Virus record (IMG/VR): IMGVR_UViG_3300025158_000037
Coordinates: 1-37,869 of that record
Source of the DNA: a virus
Taxonomy: Duplodnaviria; Caudoviricetes
Direction: 5' to 3' (one strand)
DNA: 37,869 bases
Shown: piece after piece, positions 27,601 through 35,427 of the stretch
How the letters are laid out: the number at the start of each line of letters is the position of its first letter
How positions within the stretch are numbered: position 1 is the first letter of the stretch
Position numbers and translations under genes: made by a program
Notes under the pieces: model-generated
Databases searched by the model: none
Told to the model about the DNA's origin: nothing
What the model saw: only the letters and a program-made list of their open reading frames with translations

Positions 27601-30600
27601 TACCAAGGCTGTCATTGGTCATAAGGTCGGTCGTCTGAATGATGTCATGGTGATGTCCACGAACATTCAGGCCCGGTATCTCCAGAAGATCTACGATGCT
27701 GAGCTTGAGAAACTGGCTGAAGATCTGGCCAAACAGGACAAGGTTGGCCGTAACTCTAAAACCGGCAAGGCTCGTATCACTGAAGTTCCTCTGGAAGAGA
27801 TCCGGAAGCTGGAAGATCGTCTGATGACGATGGCTCCCATCTTCGTGTCTGATGACCAGTCTCTTCTGATTGGTGGTTTCACCAAGCAGCGTGCAGATGA
27901 CTTCCGTACTTCGACCAACTTTGATCGTGAGATGACTCAGGGACCGCAGATGCGTCGTCCTGATGATGTGGGTGTTCGTGCCATTCCGTTCTCTGTGATC
28001 GGTACTGGCGACGCCATGATGATGAATCTTATCTTTGGTTCGGATGGAGCACCTGACGACGTACTGGGGATCTTCGATGGTCTGGATATCCCTCTGGACA
28101 AGATCCAAGAGTATGCCCCTTACGTGAACCAGCAGGTGGCAAAGTCTTGGGATCGTGATGTTCTTTCTATGGTTCAGCAGAACTTCAACGGCTTCCTAAA
28201 CAATCCGGAAGTGGATCGTAATCTTTTGGAAGAAGTCGTGTCTGAACTGGCTTCAGAAAACAAGAATCCTGATCTGAACTTTGCCACCTCTGCTGATGCA
28301 GTGGGAGATTTTCTGACAGAAGCTCTTCGTCAGAACCGTGCATTCAAGCAAGTAATGAAAGAGACTGCACGTACTGTCGATCAAATGGGTGGTTCGTCTG
28401 TAGGCTGGAGCAGCAGCACAGGTGAGGAGCGTTCTCCTGCGGAGATCAACACCCGTATTCAACGCCTTCTGGAAGGCAAGAACCCGGACAAGAAGACCGA
28501 TGTGAAAGCACCGGTATTCGTCACCACTGTGGGTGCTCACTTCCAAGCCTTGAAACTGAATGACCGTCAACTGAAGGTCATCAACAAGCTGATGCAACTG
28601 GACGAAACTGGTCTGATGGAAGCCCAGCTTGTGATGGGAACTGTCGAACAGGTTCGTGACTGGATGCAGGAAAACATGCCTAATGCCACCAACGTCATGC
28701 GTGACGTGAAAGGTGGTTGGGATGTGGAAAACCGGATCATGTATCTGGCCACCAACGATCCTGAAACCTTCATACATGAGTTTGTTCATGCTGCGACGTT
28801 CAACACTGTGCTCGATCACTACGAAGGGAACGGGAACAAGTGGGTGAAGAACCTTGAGGATCTCATGGTTCAATTCCTGAATATCGAGTCCAAGGGCCAG
28901 AACATCATCAATGCTCAGGTGGCAATCTCTCGTCACTGGAACAAGACTGATCCATGGAGCAAGGCTGCTGCTGTGAATGAATACATGGCTTGGGCCTTGT
29001 CCAACAGCCAGATCACTAAGCGTCTGAAGAGTGAGGAAGCCTCGTTCCTGTCGAAGATGTCTGATGCTGTCCTGAACCTGATGCGTCGTCTGATGGGTGC
29101 CATTCCGACGGACATGTTCAACCAGACTGTTTTCAACACTCACATGATGATGACTCCTCATCTGGAGGAAGCCTTTGGTGAAGAAGGTGGTAATGGTGAT
29201 GGTGGAGACGGAAACAATGGTGGGAATGGTGGGGGAGAATCCACTCCTCTCGGAAACAACCATACTGACTATTGGATCCAGACTCTGGAGAACTGGGTCG
29301 ATCAACAGGATCTCGGTTCTGAAGAAGGCCGTCGTCGTATCTCGAAACTGGCCATCAATCAGGCGAATGCTGATCGTGTTCTCGACTCTCTGCGTCAGGC
29401 AGGTATGCTCCGGAATGCAAATGACCGGGCTACCTTCCGTGCGATCTATGGGATCCTGAAGTCTGAAATGGTTCTGGACCCGAACTCTCTGATTGCTCTG
29501 ACCAAAGTGTTCCAGCACGTTGAGGAGAACATGACTCCTGAGATGTTTGGTTCCACTCCGGAAGATGCACAGACGTACTCTGCTGTCTTGAACTCCTTCG
29601 GTGCATATAAGACCGATGACACGTCGGATGCCGTGGCTGTGCTCTTTGCCTTGAGCCAGACATCGAAGAAGTTCCGTGATGTCATGGATCAGATCCCTGC
29701 ACCTGAGACTGGTGAGATTGGCTCTGGTCTGAATGATTTCTTGGTTCGTGGTACGAACATGTTCATGCGGAAACTCATGGGTACGATCTCTACGGAGAGC
29801 GTTCCTCAAGAGGTTCTGGATGGTCTCAAGAAAACCATCGTCGATCACCACCAAGAGAAAGAGTTTGCCATTCTGGAGAAGCTCACAGGTGGTCTGAATG
29901 CTGCTGATCGGTTTGTGAAGGATCAGCTTACCAACATCGCTGAGACGATGCGGGATGTGGATGCACAGGCTCGTGCTGATACTCGTGGAACCATCGTTCA
30001 ATATCTGACCTCGGCCCTGACTTATACCACCAACTTCCTCGACAAACCGGGGACTGAACTGAATGCTCAGATGGCACAGAGGTCTGTCTATCAGGGGATC
30101 CCGATTCTTTCCTTGGTTCCGATCCGTGAACTGATCGACGAATTCGTTGGAACCAATCGGGACAACAAAGACTTCGTTGCCATGCTGGACGTGGTGAATA
30201 GCCGTATCTCTGGTGTTCGTCAGGCTTTCCGGGAGAACCTGCCTGAGCTTCTGAACAAGCTCTTCAGCACTCCTCCTGTGGCTCAGCAGTGGAAGTCCAT
30301 GCAACGGACTCTGGGTCGTACTGACTTCACTCGTTTCCTCGATCTGGCAAACCTCCAGTCGGGTATGCAGTTCCTTGAAGAGAGTGGTCGTCGTCAGAAT
30401 CAGATCCAGTTCTTGGAGCAGCAGCTTCAATCGAAGATGAACCCGACTGACTTCCAAGATGCCATCGACAAATCGAAGCAACTGGCTGACTACATGAACG
30501 GGAAACGTGTCGGAACTCTTCTGATCCGTAACGCCTATGCGATCTCTCAGAACCTTGAGGGAGATTATGGGGATGACGTTGTGGCTCTGATCGACGAACT

Positions 30601-32500
30601 GACCACGTTCTACGCCATCGACACGATGGATGCAGACATCCGTGAGGATACGGTCCAACTGTGGCAGAACGAACCCAAGGCCATCATGGCAATTGTGTCA
30701 TATATGCAACAGTTGAACGATGCTGAGGATCAGAAGGCTGTCTCTGAACAAGCTAAGCTGAATGGTTTCAAAGGGTATGTTCCCAATTTGGGAGCAGAGA
30801 ATCATCGTATCATCGTGGCCAAAGACTCTGATGAAGAAGAGATGCTGCACCGGGGCTACAAAAAGATTGCTCCGTTCACTGGTGATGTGAACAACGCATT
30901 TGCTCGGTCCTACTATGTGACAAATATATCACAGCAGGGGCAGTATTCTCAGGGAATCATGCAGAATGTCTCCTCCACGTATCGTGGTGTGGACATCAAC
31001 ACTGGTCTGACTGTGACTGGAGATGCGACGAGCTTCATCTCTGATCCTGCTGTGGTGAACCGTATCATGGAAGAACTCCTTGATCCGACCTACACCCCAG
31101 AGGATGAGAACGAAGTCCTGATGCCTGTCTTCGATGAAGACAAGACGATCCTCGGGTTCGAGCGTTCGATCAATCCTGTGCTGACTGACAAGCTGTTGGG
31201 TCGTAAAGAGAACTTTGCAATCAACATCGGTGCTTGGGCTGGTCGTCAGGTGGAAGAAGAACTCTCGACCCAGTGGAATATGGCACTTGTCGATAAACTT
31301 GATGCCATGTGGCAGAACCGGGAAGCCGGTACTGAAAACCTCTTCACAAACATGAAGAAGACCAAGGATCCGATCTACGCTGAATCGTTCAAACTGATTC
31401 CTCAGAACATCAAATCCTACATGGATGGGAAGTTCGATGGAAACGGAATGATGGTCATGACTTCGATGGCTAACCTTTCGGTAGGCTATCGTGAAGCATC
31501 TATTGCTGATCTTTGGACCGGAAAAACCCGTATGCCCAAGGAGTTGCAGAACGTCGTTAAGGCTGTGACCCGTCAGCAGTTTGGTGAAACCTCACTGCGT
31601 ACCCTTCTTGTCAAAGGGGAGCAGGGTTTTCAGTCTTTGGTTTCAGATGCGAAAGACATCATCGTGGTTAAGTCGCTGATCGTTCCAATTGTGAACACAC
31701 AGGCGAACATCATTCAGCTTGCTACAAGTGGTGTGCCTCTGAAAACCATTCAGAAGCAATATCGTTCGAAACTGGCTGAGATCACTGAGTTCAACAAAAA
31801 CCACATGAAGATCATGGAACTGGAGAACCAGTATCACATGACTCAGGATCCTCGTCGTCAGCGTTTGATTCGTGACAAGATTCAAGTAATGAAGGATCTG
31901 AATGCGAAGATGACTATCGCTCCTATGATTGCTGCTGGTGCATACAAGCAGATCTCAGAGGGTATCGAGGGTCTTGATCGTGCTCAGACCACTGGTGGTC
32001 TTGCTGCATGGCTTGAGGCTCAGGCTGATAAGCTGCCTGATACTCTGTCCACGTTGTCGAAGAATGCTTTGGTTTCGAAGTCCACACAACTCTATCGGGC
32101 TGCCAACCGGGCTACCCAGTACGGTGACTTCTTGGCGAAGTCGATCTATTACGATCACCTGCTTTCGCAGGGTATTCCGGAAGGAGAGGCACTCGCTTTG
32201 ATGAACGAGGAGTTTGTGAACTTCAGTGCTCTTCCGGGCCGTACTCGCTCTATGCTTGAGCGTAATGGTTTGACTTGGTTCATGGCATTCAAGATCCGGA
32301 TCACCAAGATTGCTATGAAGCAAATGCGTGAAAATCCTGTTCGAGCCATGCTGTTGAATGGGATCACGGATACTGGATCTCCGATCCAAGACAACATCTT
32401 TACTGTGATTGGTGAAGGTCGGATGGATTATGCCACAGGGTTCGAGATGCTCTTCGGTGCTCCGGAACTGAACCCATGGGTCAATCTGATGAATGGGTAA
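21671..32500 (+). CDS. Virion-encapsidated single-subunit RNA polymerase (N4 gp50 vRNAP-like)
   Basis: 3609 aa with no Cys seen. T7-superfamily motifs: TKVGR (~26606), motif A FELDGLTNG (~27002), motif B RNSAKNPMTKINYGSG (~27311), motif C GIFDG (~28070). Conserved C-terminal QYGDFLAK. Confidence 0.97.
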   Translation: MSGPYQTSPLDPIIAQRNETETAREAQRQLLDPTFHTRAAIAAEQDNMLATEAGLARDLLVENFDTLRMKYGQDVADQAFTLRNTQEELARFRDDKNSVAQAAGDASLDFISSFVGLAGNTVGALAVRPMAWAAGVDADAASATLADFTSFVQEEIRSGRSDRAQASSQFAAIQQNLDSQDNFVEAQRAIEDGMSPWMASAQMVGKNFLDAGKNIGTDYGQAQELIAQSLGSLGPSAAIARGASILAAKGVARLTASKRAQSLAAAGAAAAAIGATEASGTYAETMQNVMDIDQETLNQSEVYQGLLEEGYSESEARVALANMTAETAFSANLPAAIALGMLTRRFETAPIGAFKGSGIVDGMRQITAQGVEEGGQSAASVLSGALAMNERADIGTSYTEGLGEEVAAGALGGIGQAGTLGAPRVALNTVAQAPGAVIAGAQALGSGAVTAAQAAQSIYESTAPARERAGAAARNTAAAGAIAAGPLADAVGERAAPVVRQAQRVAEATGQLISPAIAYVADSTINKANRKQLKANTQSALDLNEEVSTQMENLAPELQTKINEVDEPSEGFAGLQGNNVIETVAAINAKMSEKGFRLGTEDTAYAANQLMKIRQMANSLPPKAKRLANALIDTPASQRIIKEAGMVDLNDTKRVGIIKDSAITPKEVKLTKDVALTNPTNVNPDRTEKILEQNSKDFTPLQAKITRVALNASRAVNERLDTQIEIQDEENIGLSRIGEQPKKGTSRDEVSRSILAEGYESRGAKPRLYRSVNDFARDIIQGLQSPDQTVLDNDGNIIPLAQVAQEFTNFIQHMNNKVDALNRSAAANVVNKKGKRVGPSLGFRGLKNPLQFEEEANWKGSKVFVHLDNPESIATAKQVEADVRTAETVYAAIQKEFPEVFEGMNIVMPVTLTLPDNNPTAVEEETAVSDEQQKQTQEQSTPSETIDEDTPQAVSEEIVEDTIEETPPTAIDDGATGVEERTDEAQTESVNDETPVETEETDADKDLYNLLKDPSKWDPIDRVRVKAITNAARNQVRALIEAKFGKDALKRVDQVTIYPDRVEKGWGFAWTPAGKKRGEIFMNEKMFYSEGNLTKNGKNVVVHEMAHVMDFTHTRFSDDPASISKQRMFEIGQPLDQEWQAIDHNYNEFTQSRYEYVESFQEDGDLDQRQAEMWAVLTEYFFMGGRDMLANAPIALAELERIYGPRPEATRTAPESVSTENTGSGRDGDIVAIETPVETETNEQVSETTGQAVTRGFKVLGEFWNSFIMKETEGHPSTMSELEKVMADSKKANAESLNFVKAVGDVLKAQMRKRLDKQITVNGRKKTIREFIQEGQTQFPQFRGGMLVDPKTGNYDENLLDMVAVAVSDWLMNNTGSDPNRIDDTLEKLGLNLVDISEEHHGAVMNGVPPSNAVDSLSNEIMRMLDIQMDPKQKTNILQGIIHGFTKEVFTALSQDGRFVQTARFPVDTGKTDKKGNKITQMTETYLVNNLIDEETGENPLRDWRAKVQAAKTQGKAATVREVLFGDRAPIWSIGKKIETVDETQGRTNILLSMLEKRALKKMQDIPSYLDETFAQIVAYFDEGVIQDVLGFTDDETENSVLKKSIRGKNISITKNIDETTALVEALSNSGDEPGKIPVYFPFGITKVGRHQAQGPNPQSNKFMRALVTATWSVISLNNLDNFWIAVGQAADLSGVNKAEKKNHRFIIENAPRIFEETFGPAKDMMKEILKGNDIDQQAFKDAVGIVEPQQLKAIMAVAQMELARENGQTDFRTSLSFELDGLTNGVANMMVNFAQGVISSEMFENFQRVGLYLGKTGKAVNDYFAQKTSLDMYETVARLGDQILMRVEGLEPWQLEQRKAAIRLAGIIGNFDPDTGQMTRNSAKNPMTKINYGSGVRGVAVGIADDMLIKFYEDLQKKPENVSLDEFYYPGFTKDMNALGLKIGDKPSKKFNFPSEQVNKFRTSIQFSIGKALTEATKAVIGHKVGRLNDVMVMSTNIQARYLQKIYDAELEKLAEDLAKQDKVGRNSKTGKARITEVPLEEIRKLEDRLMTMAPIFVSDDQSLLIGGFTKQRADDFRTSTNFDREMTQGPQMRRPDDVGVRAIPFSVIGTGDAMMMNLIFGSDGAPDDVLGIFDGLDIPLDKIQEYAPYVNQQVAKSWDRDVLSMVQQNFNGFLNNPEVDRNLLEEVVSELASENKNPDLNFATSADAVGDFLTEALRQNRAFKQVMKETARTVDQMGGSSVGWSSSTGEERSPAEINTRIQRLLEGKNPDKKTDVKAPVFVTTVGAHFQALKLNDRQLKVINKLMQLDETGLMEAQLVMGTVEQVRDWMQENMPNATNVMRDVKGGWDVENRIMYLATNDPETFIHEFVHAATFNTVLDHYEGNGNKWVKNLEDLMVQFLNIESKGQNIINAQVAISRHWNKTDPWSKAAAVNEYMAWALSNSQITKRLKSEEASFLSKMSDAVLNLMRRLMGAIPTDMFNQTVFNTHMMMTPHLEEAFGEEGGNGDGGDGNNGGNGGGESTPLGNNHTDYWIQTLENWVDQQDLGSEEGRRRISKLAINQANADRVLDSLRQAGMLRNANDRATFRAIYGILKSEMVLDPNSLIALTKVFQHVEENMTPEMFGSTPEDAQTYSAVLNSFGAYKTDDTSDAVAVLFALSQTSKKFRDVMDQIPAPETGEIGSGLNDFLVRGTNMFMRKLMGTISTESVPQEVLDGLKKTIVDHHQEKEFAILEKLTGGLNAADRFVKDQLTNIAETMRDVDAQARADTRGTIVQYLTSALTYTTNFLDKPGTELNAQMAQRSVYQGIPILSLVPIRELIDEFVGTNRDNKDFVAMLDVVNSRISGVRQAFRENLPELLNKLFSTPPVAQQWKSMQRTLGRTDFTRFLDLANLQSGMQFLEESGRRQNQIQFLEQQLQSKMNPTDFQDAIDKSKQLADYMNGKRVGTLLIRNAYAISQNLEGDYGDDVVALIDELTTFYAIDTMDADIREDTVQLWQNEPKAIMAIVSYMQQLNDAEDQKAVSEQAKLNGFKGYVPNLGAENHRIIVAKDSDEEEMLHRGYKKIAPFTGDVNNAFARSYYVTNISQQGQYSQGIMQNVSSTYRGVDINTGLTVTGDATSFISDPAVVNRIMEELLDPTYTPEDENEVLMPVFDEDKTILGFERSINPVLTDKLLGRKENFAINIGAWAGRQVEEELSTQWNMALVDKLDAMWQNREAGTENLFTNMKKTKDPIYAESFKLIPQNIKSYMDGKFDGNGMMVMTSMANLSVGYREASIADLWTGKTRMPKELQNVVKAVTRQQFGETSLRTLLVKGEQGFQSLVSDAKDIIVVKSLIVPIVNTQANIIQLATSGVPLKTIQKQYRSKLAEITEFNKNHMKIMELENQYHMTQDPRRQRLIRDKIQVMKDLNAKMTIAPMIAAGAYKQISEGIEGLDRAQTTGGLAAWLEAQADKLPDTLSTLSKNALVSKSTQLYRAANRATQYGDFLAKSIYYDHLLSQGIPEGEALALMNEEFVNFSALPGRTRSMLERNGLTWFMAFKIRITKIAMKQMRENPVRAMLLNGITDTGSPIQDNIFTVIGEGRMDYATGFEMLFGAPELNPWVNLMNG

Positions 32501-32501
32501 C

Positions 32502-32534
32502 AGGGGGGTCAGGGAAGCTATCCCTGACCACTCT
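32502..32534 (+). terminator. Hairpin at the 3' end of the vRNAP gene, in the convergent junction
   Basis: GGTCAGGGA-AGCTA-TCCCTGACC (9 bp perfect), extendable with one mismatch and a G.U pair on the plus strand. No clear U-tract. Confidence 0.55.
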
Positions 32535-32684
32535 ATGCCCTGCACAGGATGACACTGGCTAACGTGTCTACGACCTACTCTGTGATGCCGTATGATCCGT
32601 CTAACAACAGGAGTCCAAGTCGCCGGAATTTGTTAAGTACCAACCGGGTGGCCAATGACTTTCTTGGTTGCCAAACCAACAAGG

Positions 32685-32882
32685 TCAATCCTTTGCTTCG
32701 TCGATCACAGCCCAGATAATGAAAAAGATGCCAGTGACGACGGCAATACCAATGAGGCCCCAGAATAGAAAGAAGCCAACAAAGGCCACAGCAACTCCGA
32801 TGATTGCTGTGATGATGAGGGCAAGGACGATACCTACCGTCCCTGCCAGTGCTTTGAAAATGTTGCAGAACTTAGTCCACAT
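32685..32882 (-). CDS. Small membrane protein (about two TM helices)
   Basis: 65 aa, almost entirely hydrophobic. Its start overlaps the end of the upstream gene. Confidence 0.65.
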   Translation of the reverse strand: MWTKFCNIFKALAGTVGIVLALIITAIIGVAVAFVGFFLFWGLIGIAVVTGIFFIIWAVIDEAKD

Positions 32883-33816
32883 CGAAGATACTTGACTTCT
32901 TGGGCTTCAGTTTCGTACCACCAGTTTCTTTGGGGGCTTCACTTTTAGCTTCTTCAGTTGTGGTCGGGGAGTCCGAGGATTCCTCTCCTTCGGAGTCCCC
33001 GAAGAGGTTTCCCTTGCCACCTGCTTTCGGAGATTCTTTCTCTCCGTCTTCAGCAGGTTGCGTCTCCGATTCACTTCCTCCGCTATCAGAGTCAGTGCCA
33101 CTTCCTTCGTCGCCGCTATCAGCAGACTCTTCAGGAGCATCAGCAGCCTCCTCTCTCTTGGTAGCAGGCTTGCGTGCGTTCTTCCGGGGACGACCACCCT
33201 TGTTCTTCACGGGAGCTTCTCCCATGATGACTTCAGCAACGATCTCATCGTCATCGTCATTGTCTCCATACTCGATGGAGATTTCGACCGTAGCCTGATC
33301 TGCATTGGGCAGGGCAAGGGTCTTGACGTAGGCGTTCAGAGCATTCTGAATGTCCTCTTGATCTAGTAGGATTCTCATGTTTTCTGGCTCCTTGTTTTCC
33401 AGAATGTTGACTGTTGCAATGGCATGGCCGTCCAATGGACAGACGCCACCAAAGGAAAACGTGGACAGGATGATATGATCTTGGTTGTCATCCGGCAGTT
33501 TTCCACAATTCACCAGTGTGTCACTGAAATACTTATCAGCGATGGACCCGACATTCATGGTGTCGAGTCGCCCGTTCCTCGGTGCGAAGATCTCGTAGTG
33601 GATCCAGACCCTCTCTGCTGTAGGCTTATCCCTGAGTAACGGGGCTACCTCTTCTTCAAAGTTTTTCTTTTGTGTATTCAGGTGATGATGGTGCATGTTC
33701 CTGTAAACATTGAGATTTACCGGTTTGGTAGTTGTCTTGCTTACATGAACGTAAGTGGGGATCCGCACTGAGTACGAATCCCCAACCTCACCATCGAGTA
33801 GATCTGAAAGGATCAA
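32872..33816 (-). CDS. RusA-like Holliday junction resolvase (N4 gp46-like) fused in frame to a second domain with an acidic tail
   Basis: The N-terminal ~145 aa carry NLNVYRN and RLDTMN...DKYFSDTLV..GKLPDDN, a RusA-type acidic catalytic pattern. The C-terminal part has its own SD and ATG at 33378. Confidence 0.7.
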   Translation of the reverse strand: MILSDLLDGEVGDSYSVRIPTYVHVSKTTTKPVNLNVYRNMHHHHLNTQKKNFEEEVAPLLRDKPTAERVWIHYEIFAPRNGRLDTMNVGSIADKYFSDTLVNCGKLPDDNQDHIILSTFSFGGVCPLDGHAIATVNILENKEPENMRILLDQEDIQNALNAYVKTLALPNADQATVEISIEYGDNDDDDEIVAEVIMGEAPVKNKGGRPRKNARKPATKREEAADAPEESADSGDEGSGTDSDSGGSESETQPAEDGEKESPKAGGKGNLFGDSEGEESSDSPTTTEEAKSEAPKETGGTKLKPKKSSIFDVD

Positions 33817-34628
33817 TCGTCGAACAGAGCCGACTTCTTCTTCTCGGAGGATCCACCAGCCGACTTCTTCGCACCACCACCAAAGGACTTGCCTTCAGCT
33901 TTGGTAGAGCGATCCCATGTCTTGCCACGGTTCTTCTCCAGCCACTTCTGGGCGTACTGACCATGCTCTTCATCCATCTGCTTGATGGCTTTGAGCAGAT
34001 CACCGTCGCTCAGAACGTCGTCGAAGTCACCACCAAGGCTTTCCACATAGTGAGCCACCTCAGAGATGGTCACAGGCAGAGCTTCCGGGAAGAACTTCAC
34101 GATCTCGTTGGTTTCACGAGTCTCGCCGGTAGGCTCATACTCACCAGACGATTCGTTCTTCTGGGTCTTGTCCACCACCTGCTTCTGAAGAGCCACTTGT
34201 AGGCTCTCACCGTGAAGCTCCACGAAGCAGTCAACTGCCTGCGGGATTTCACGCTTTGACTCGTAGTCATACAGGTTGAGAGTCTTCTCTTCGACATCCA
34301 GATCACCAATCTCTTTCGAGAGCAGCAGCATGGCGAGCGAGTTGACTTGGTTGTAGCCGGGAAGATTCTTCTCTTCACCGGACTTTTTGTCCTTGTACGT
34401 CACGTCACCAGAACCATTGGTCATCCAGATGGTGTGTGTTTGCTCAAGACCATTGATCTTGAGACAGAGGTTCAGGGATCGTGCTTCAGAGCGTTGGCTC
34501 TTGCCGATGTAGGCATACTTGATTTTTGCTGGATAGATATCCGTCTCAAGCGTGCCACCGCCACCGATGTAGTCGTCTTCGACCTTCTCGGATTTGACGG
34601 ATTTCTTCTGTGCAAAGATGTTGCTCAT
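33813..34628 (-). CDS. ssb: Single-stranded DNA-binding protein (N4 gp45 SSB-like)
   Basis: 271 aa after the AAA ATPase. Motifs D.IGGGG..ETDIY, LPGYNQVNSL, YEPTGETRETNEIVKFF, and a basic/Gly tail ending SALFDD. SD AAGGA. Confidence 0.88.
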   Translation of the reverse strand: MSNIFAQKKSVKSEKVEDDYIGGGGTLETDIYPAKIKYAYIGKSQRSEARSLNLCLKINGLEQTHTIWMTNGSGDVTYKDKKSGEEKNLPGYNQVNSLAMLLLSKEIGDLDVEEKTLNLYDYESKREIPQAVDCFVELHGESLQVALQKQVVDKTQKNESSGEYEPTGETRETNEIVKFFPEALPVTISEVAHYVESLGGDFDDVLSDGDLLKAIKQMDEEHGQYAQKWLEKNRGKTWDRSTKAEGKSFGGGAKKSAGGSSEKKKSALFDD

Positions 34629-34683
34629 CTGATTTCCTTCTCATTGATGAGGTAGTTTTTGGTCAGAGACCGAGAAAGAAGAG

Positions 34684-35418
34684 TTATTCGTCGTAGTACG
34701 CGATCATCTTCTTGATGACAGGAGCGATGTCGTTGTCGATGTACAACTCCTCCTTCTTCCACATTCCCATAGGGGATCGAATCCTGTCTCCGACAGTCTT
34801 CTTTGTGGTTCGGGTCTGGAAGACGTGCTTGAAACCAAGCTCTTCATCATCTTCAGTGATGTTCAGCATTGCATTCGGAGTCTTCTGAAGCTCCTTCATA
34901 GGCTGTTTGCTGACGTTGATCACAGTGGTGAAGTAGGCTTCCAGCCCCTTCTTGGCCAAGGCACCCTTTACGGGTACACGAGTCCGATACATCCCTGCTT
35001 CTTCATCAAGTTCTCGATCCAAGTGACCGAGATAGATGAAGAAAGCATCGACTTGAGACGATACAGTGATCAGTCGTTTGAAGAACTGACCATAATTACC
35101 CCAAGCCTTTTGGGTGTTGGCTGAGTCGAGAACGTGAATCGTTTCGTAGAGATCCATCATAAAGCTGATGGTGTCGATCACCACGAAATTGAATGGGCTG
35201 TTCTCTCCCAGTTCTGCAAGCTCTTCGAGCATGGTGATGATGTCTTCAGGATCGACAATCACCTTGTTCTTGAACTTGTTCTTGAAGGGTAGCGGTTTGC
35301 CACCCTCACAGTTGAGATACAGGACATCAGTTCTGTCTCTCAGTTCGTACAGGGACATTGATTTCCCTGCACCTGATTCACCACAAATCAGGATGCTGTG
35401 TGGATTGATATCTGTCAT
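34684..35418 (-). CDS. AAA-family ATPase / Sak4-like recombinase (N4 gp44-like)
   Basis: Walker A GESGAGKS, Walker B VVIDT, and motifs PVKGAL...GLEAYF and RIRSPMGM. Confidence 0.88.
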   Translation of the reverse strand: MTDINPHSILICGESGAGKSMSLYELRDRTDVLYLNCEGGKPLPFKNKFKNKVIVDPEDIITMLEELAELGENSPFNFVVIDTISFMMDLYETIHVLDSANTQKAWGNYGQFFKRLITVSSQVDAFFIYLGHLDRELDEEAGMYRTRVPVKGALAKKGLEAYFTTVINVSKQPMKELQKTPNAMLNITEDDEELGFKHVFQTRTTKKTVGDRIRSPMGMWKKEELYIDNDIAPVIKKMIAYYDE

Positions 35419-35427
35419 GGTTTCCCC

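Noticed and set aside
28253-30658. 801-aa antisense ORF (also 479 aa at 26669-28108) opposite the vRNAP
   Set aside because: These are shadow ORFs lying wholly antisense to a well-supported gene. They have no recognisable motifs and an atypical His/Leu/Val-rich composition. Codon bias of the sense gene suppresses antisense stops.
10718-32529. Intergenic hairpins as N4 vRNAP hairpin promoters
   Set aside because: vRNAP promoters have short stems with 3-nt loops and lie in the early region. These hairpins have 5-nt loops and follow stop codons of late genes.
32549-32719. 56-codon plus-strand ORF in the vRNAP 3' junction, and ORF 32668-32895 (+)
   Set aside because: No suitably spaced SD, located downstream of the hairpin, and overlapping the membrane-protein gene in antisense.
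34629-34683. Small hairpins upstream of ssb (GGTC-TCT-GACC) and MCP (TGAG-TCT-CTCA) as a shared operator
   Set aside because: The stems are only 4 bp and the similarity is within chance expectation.
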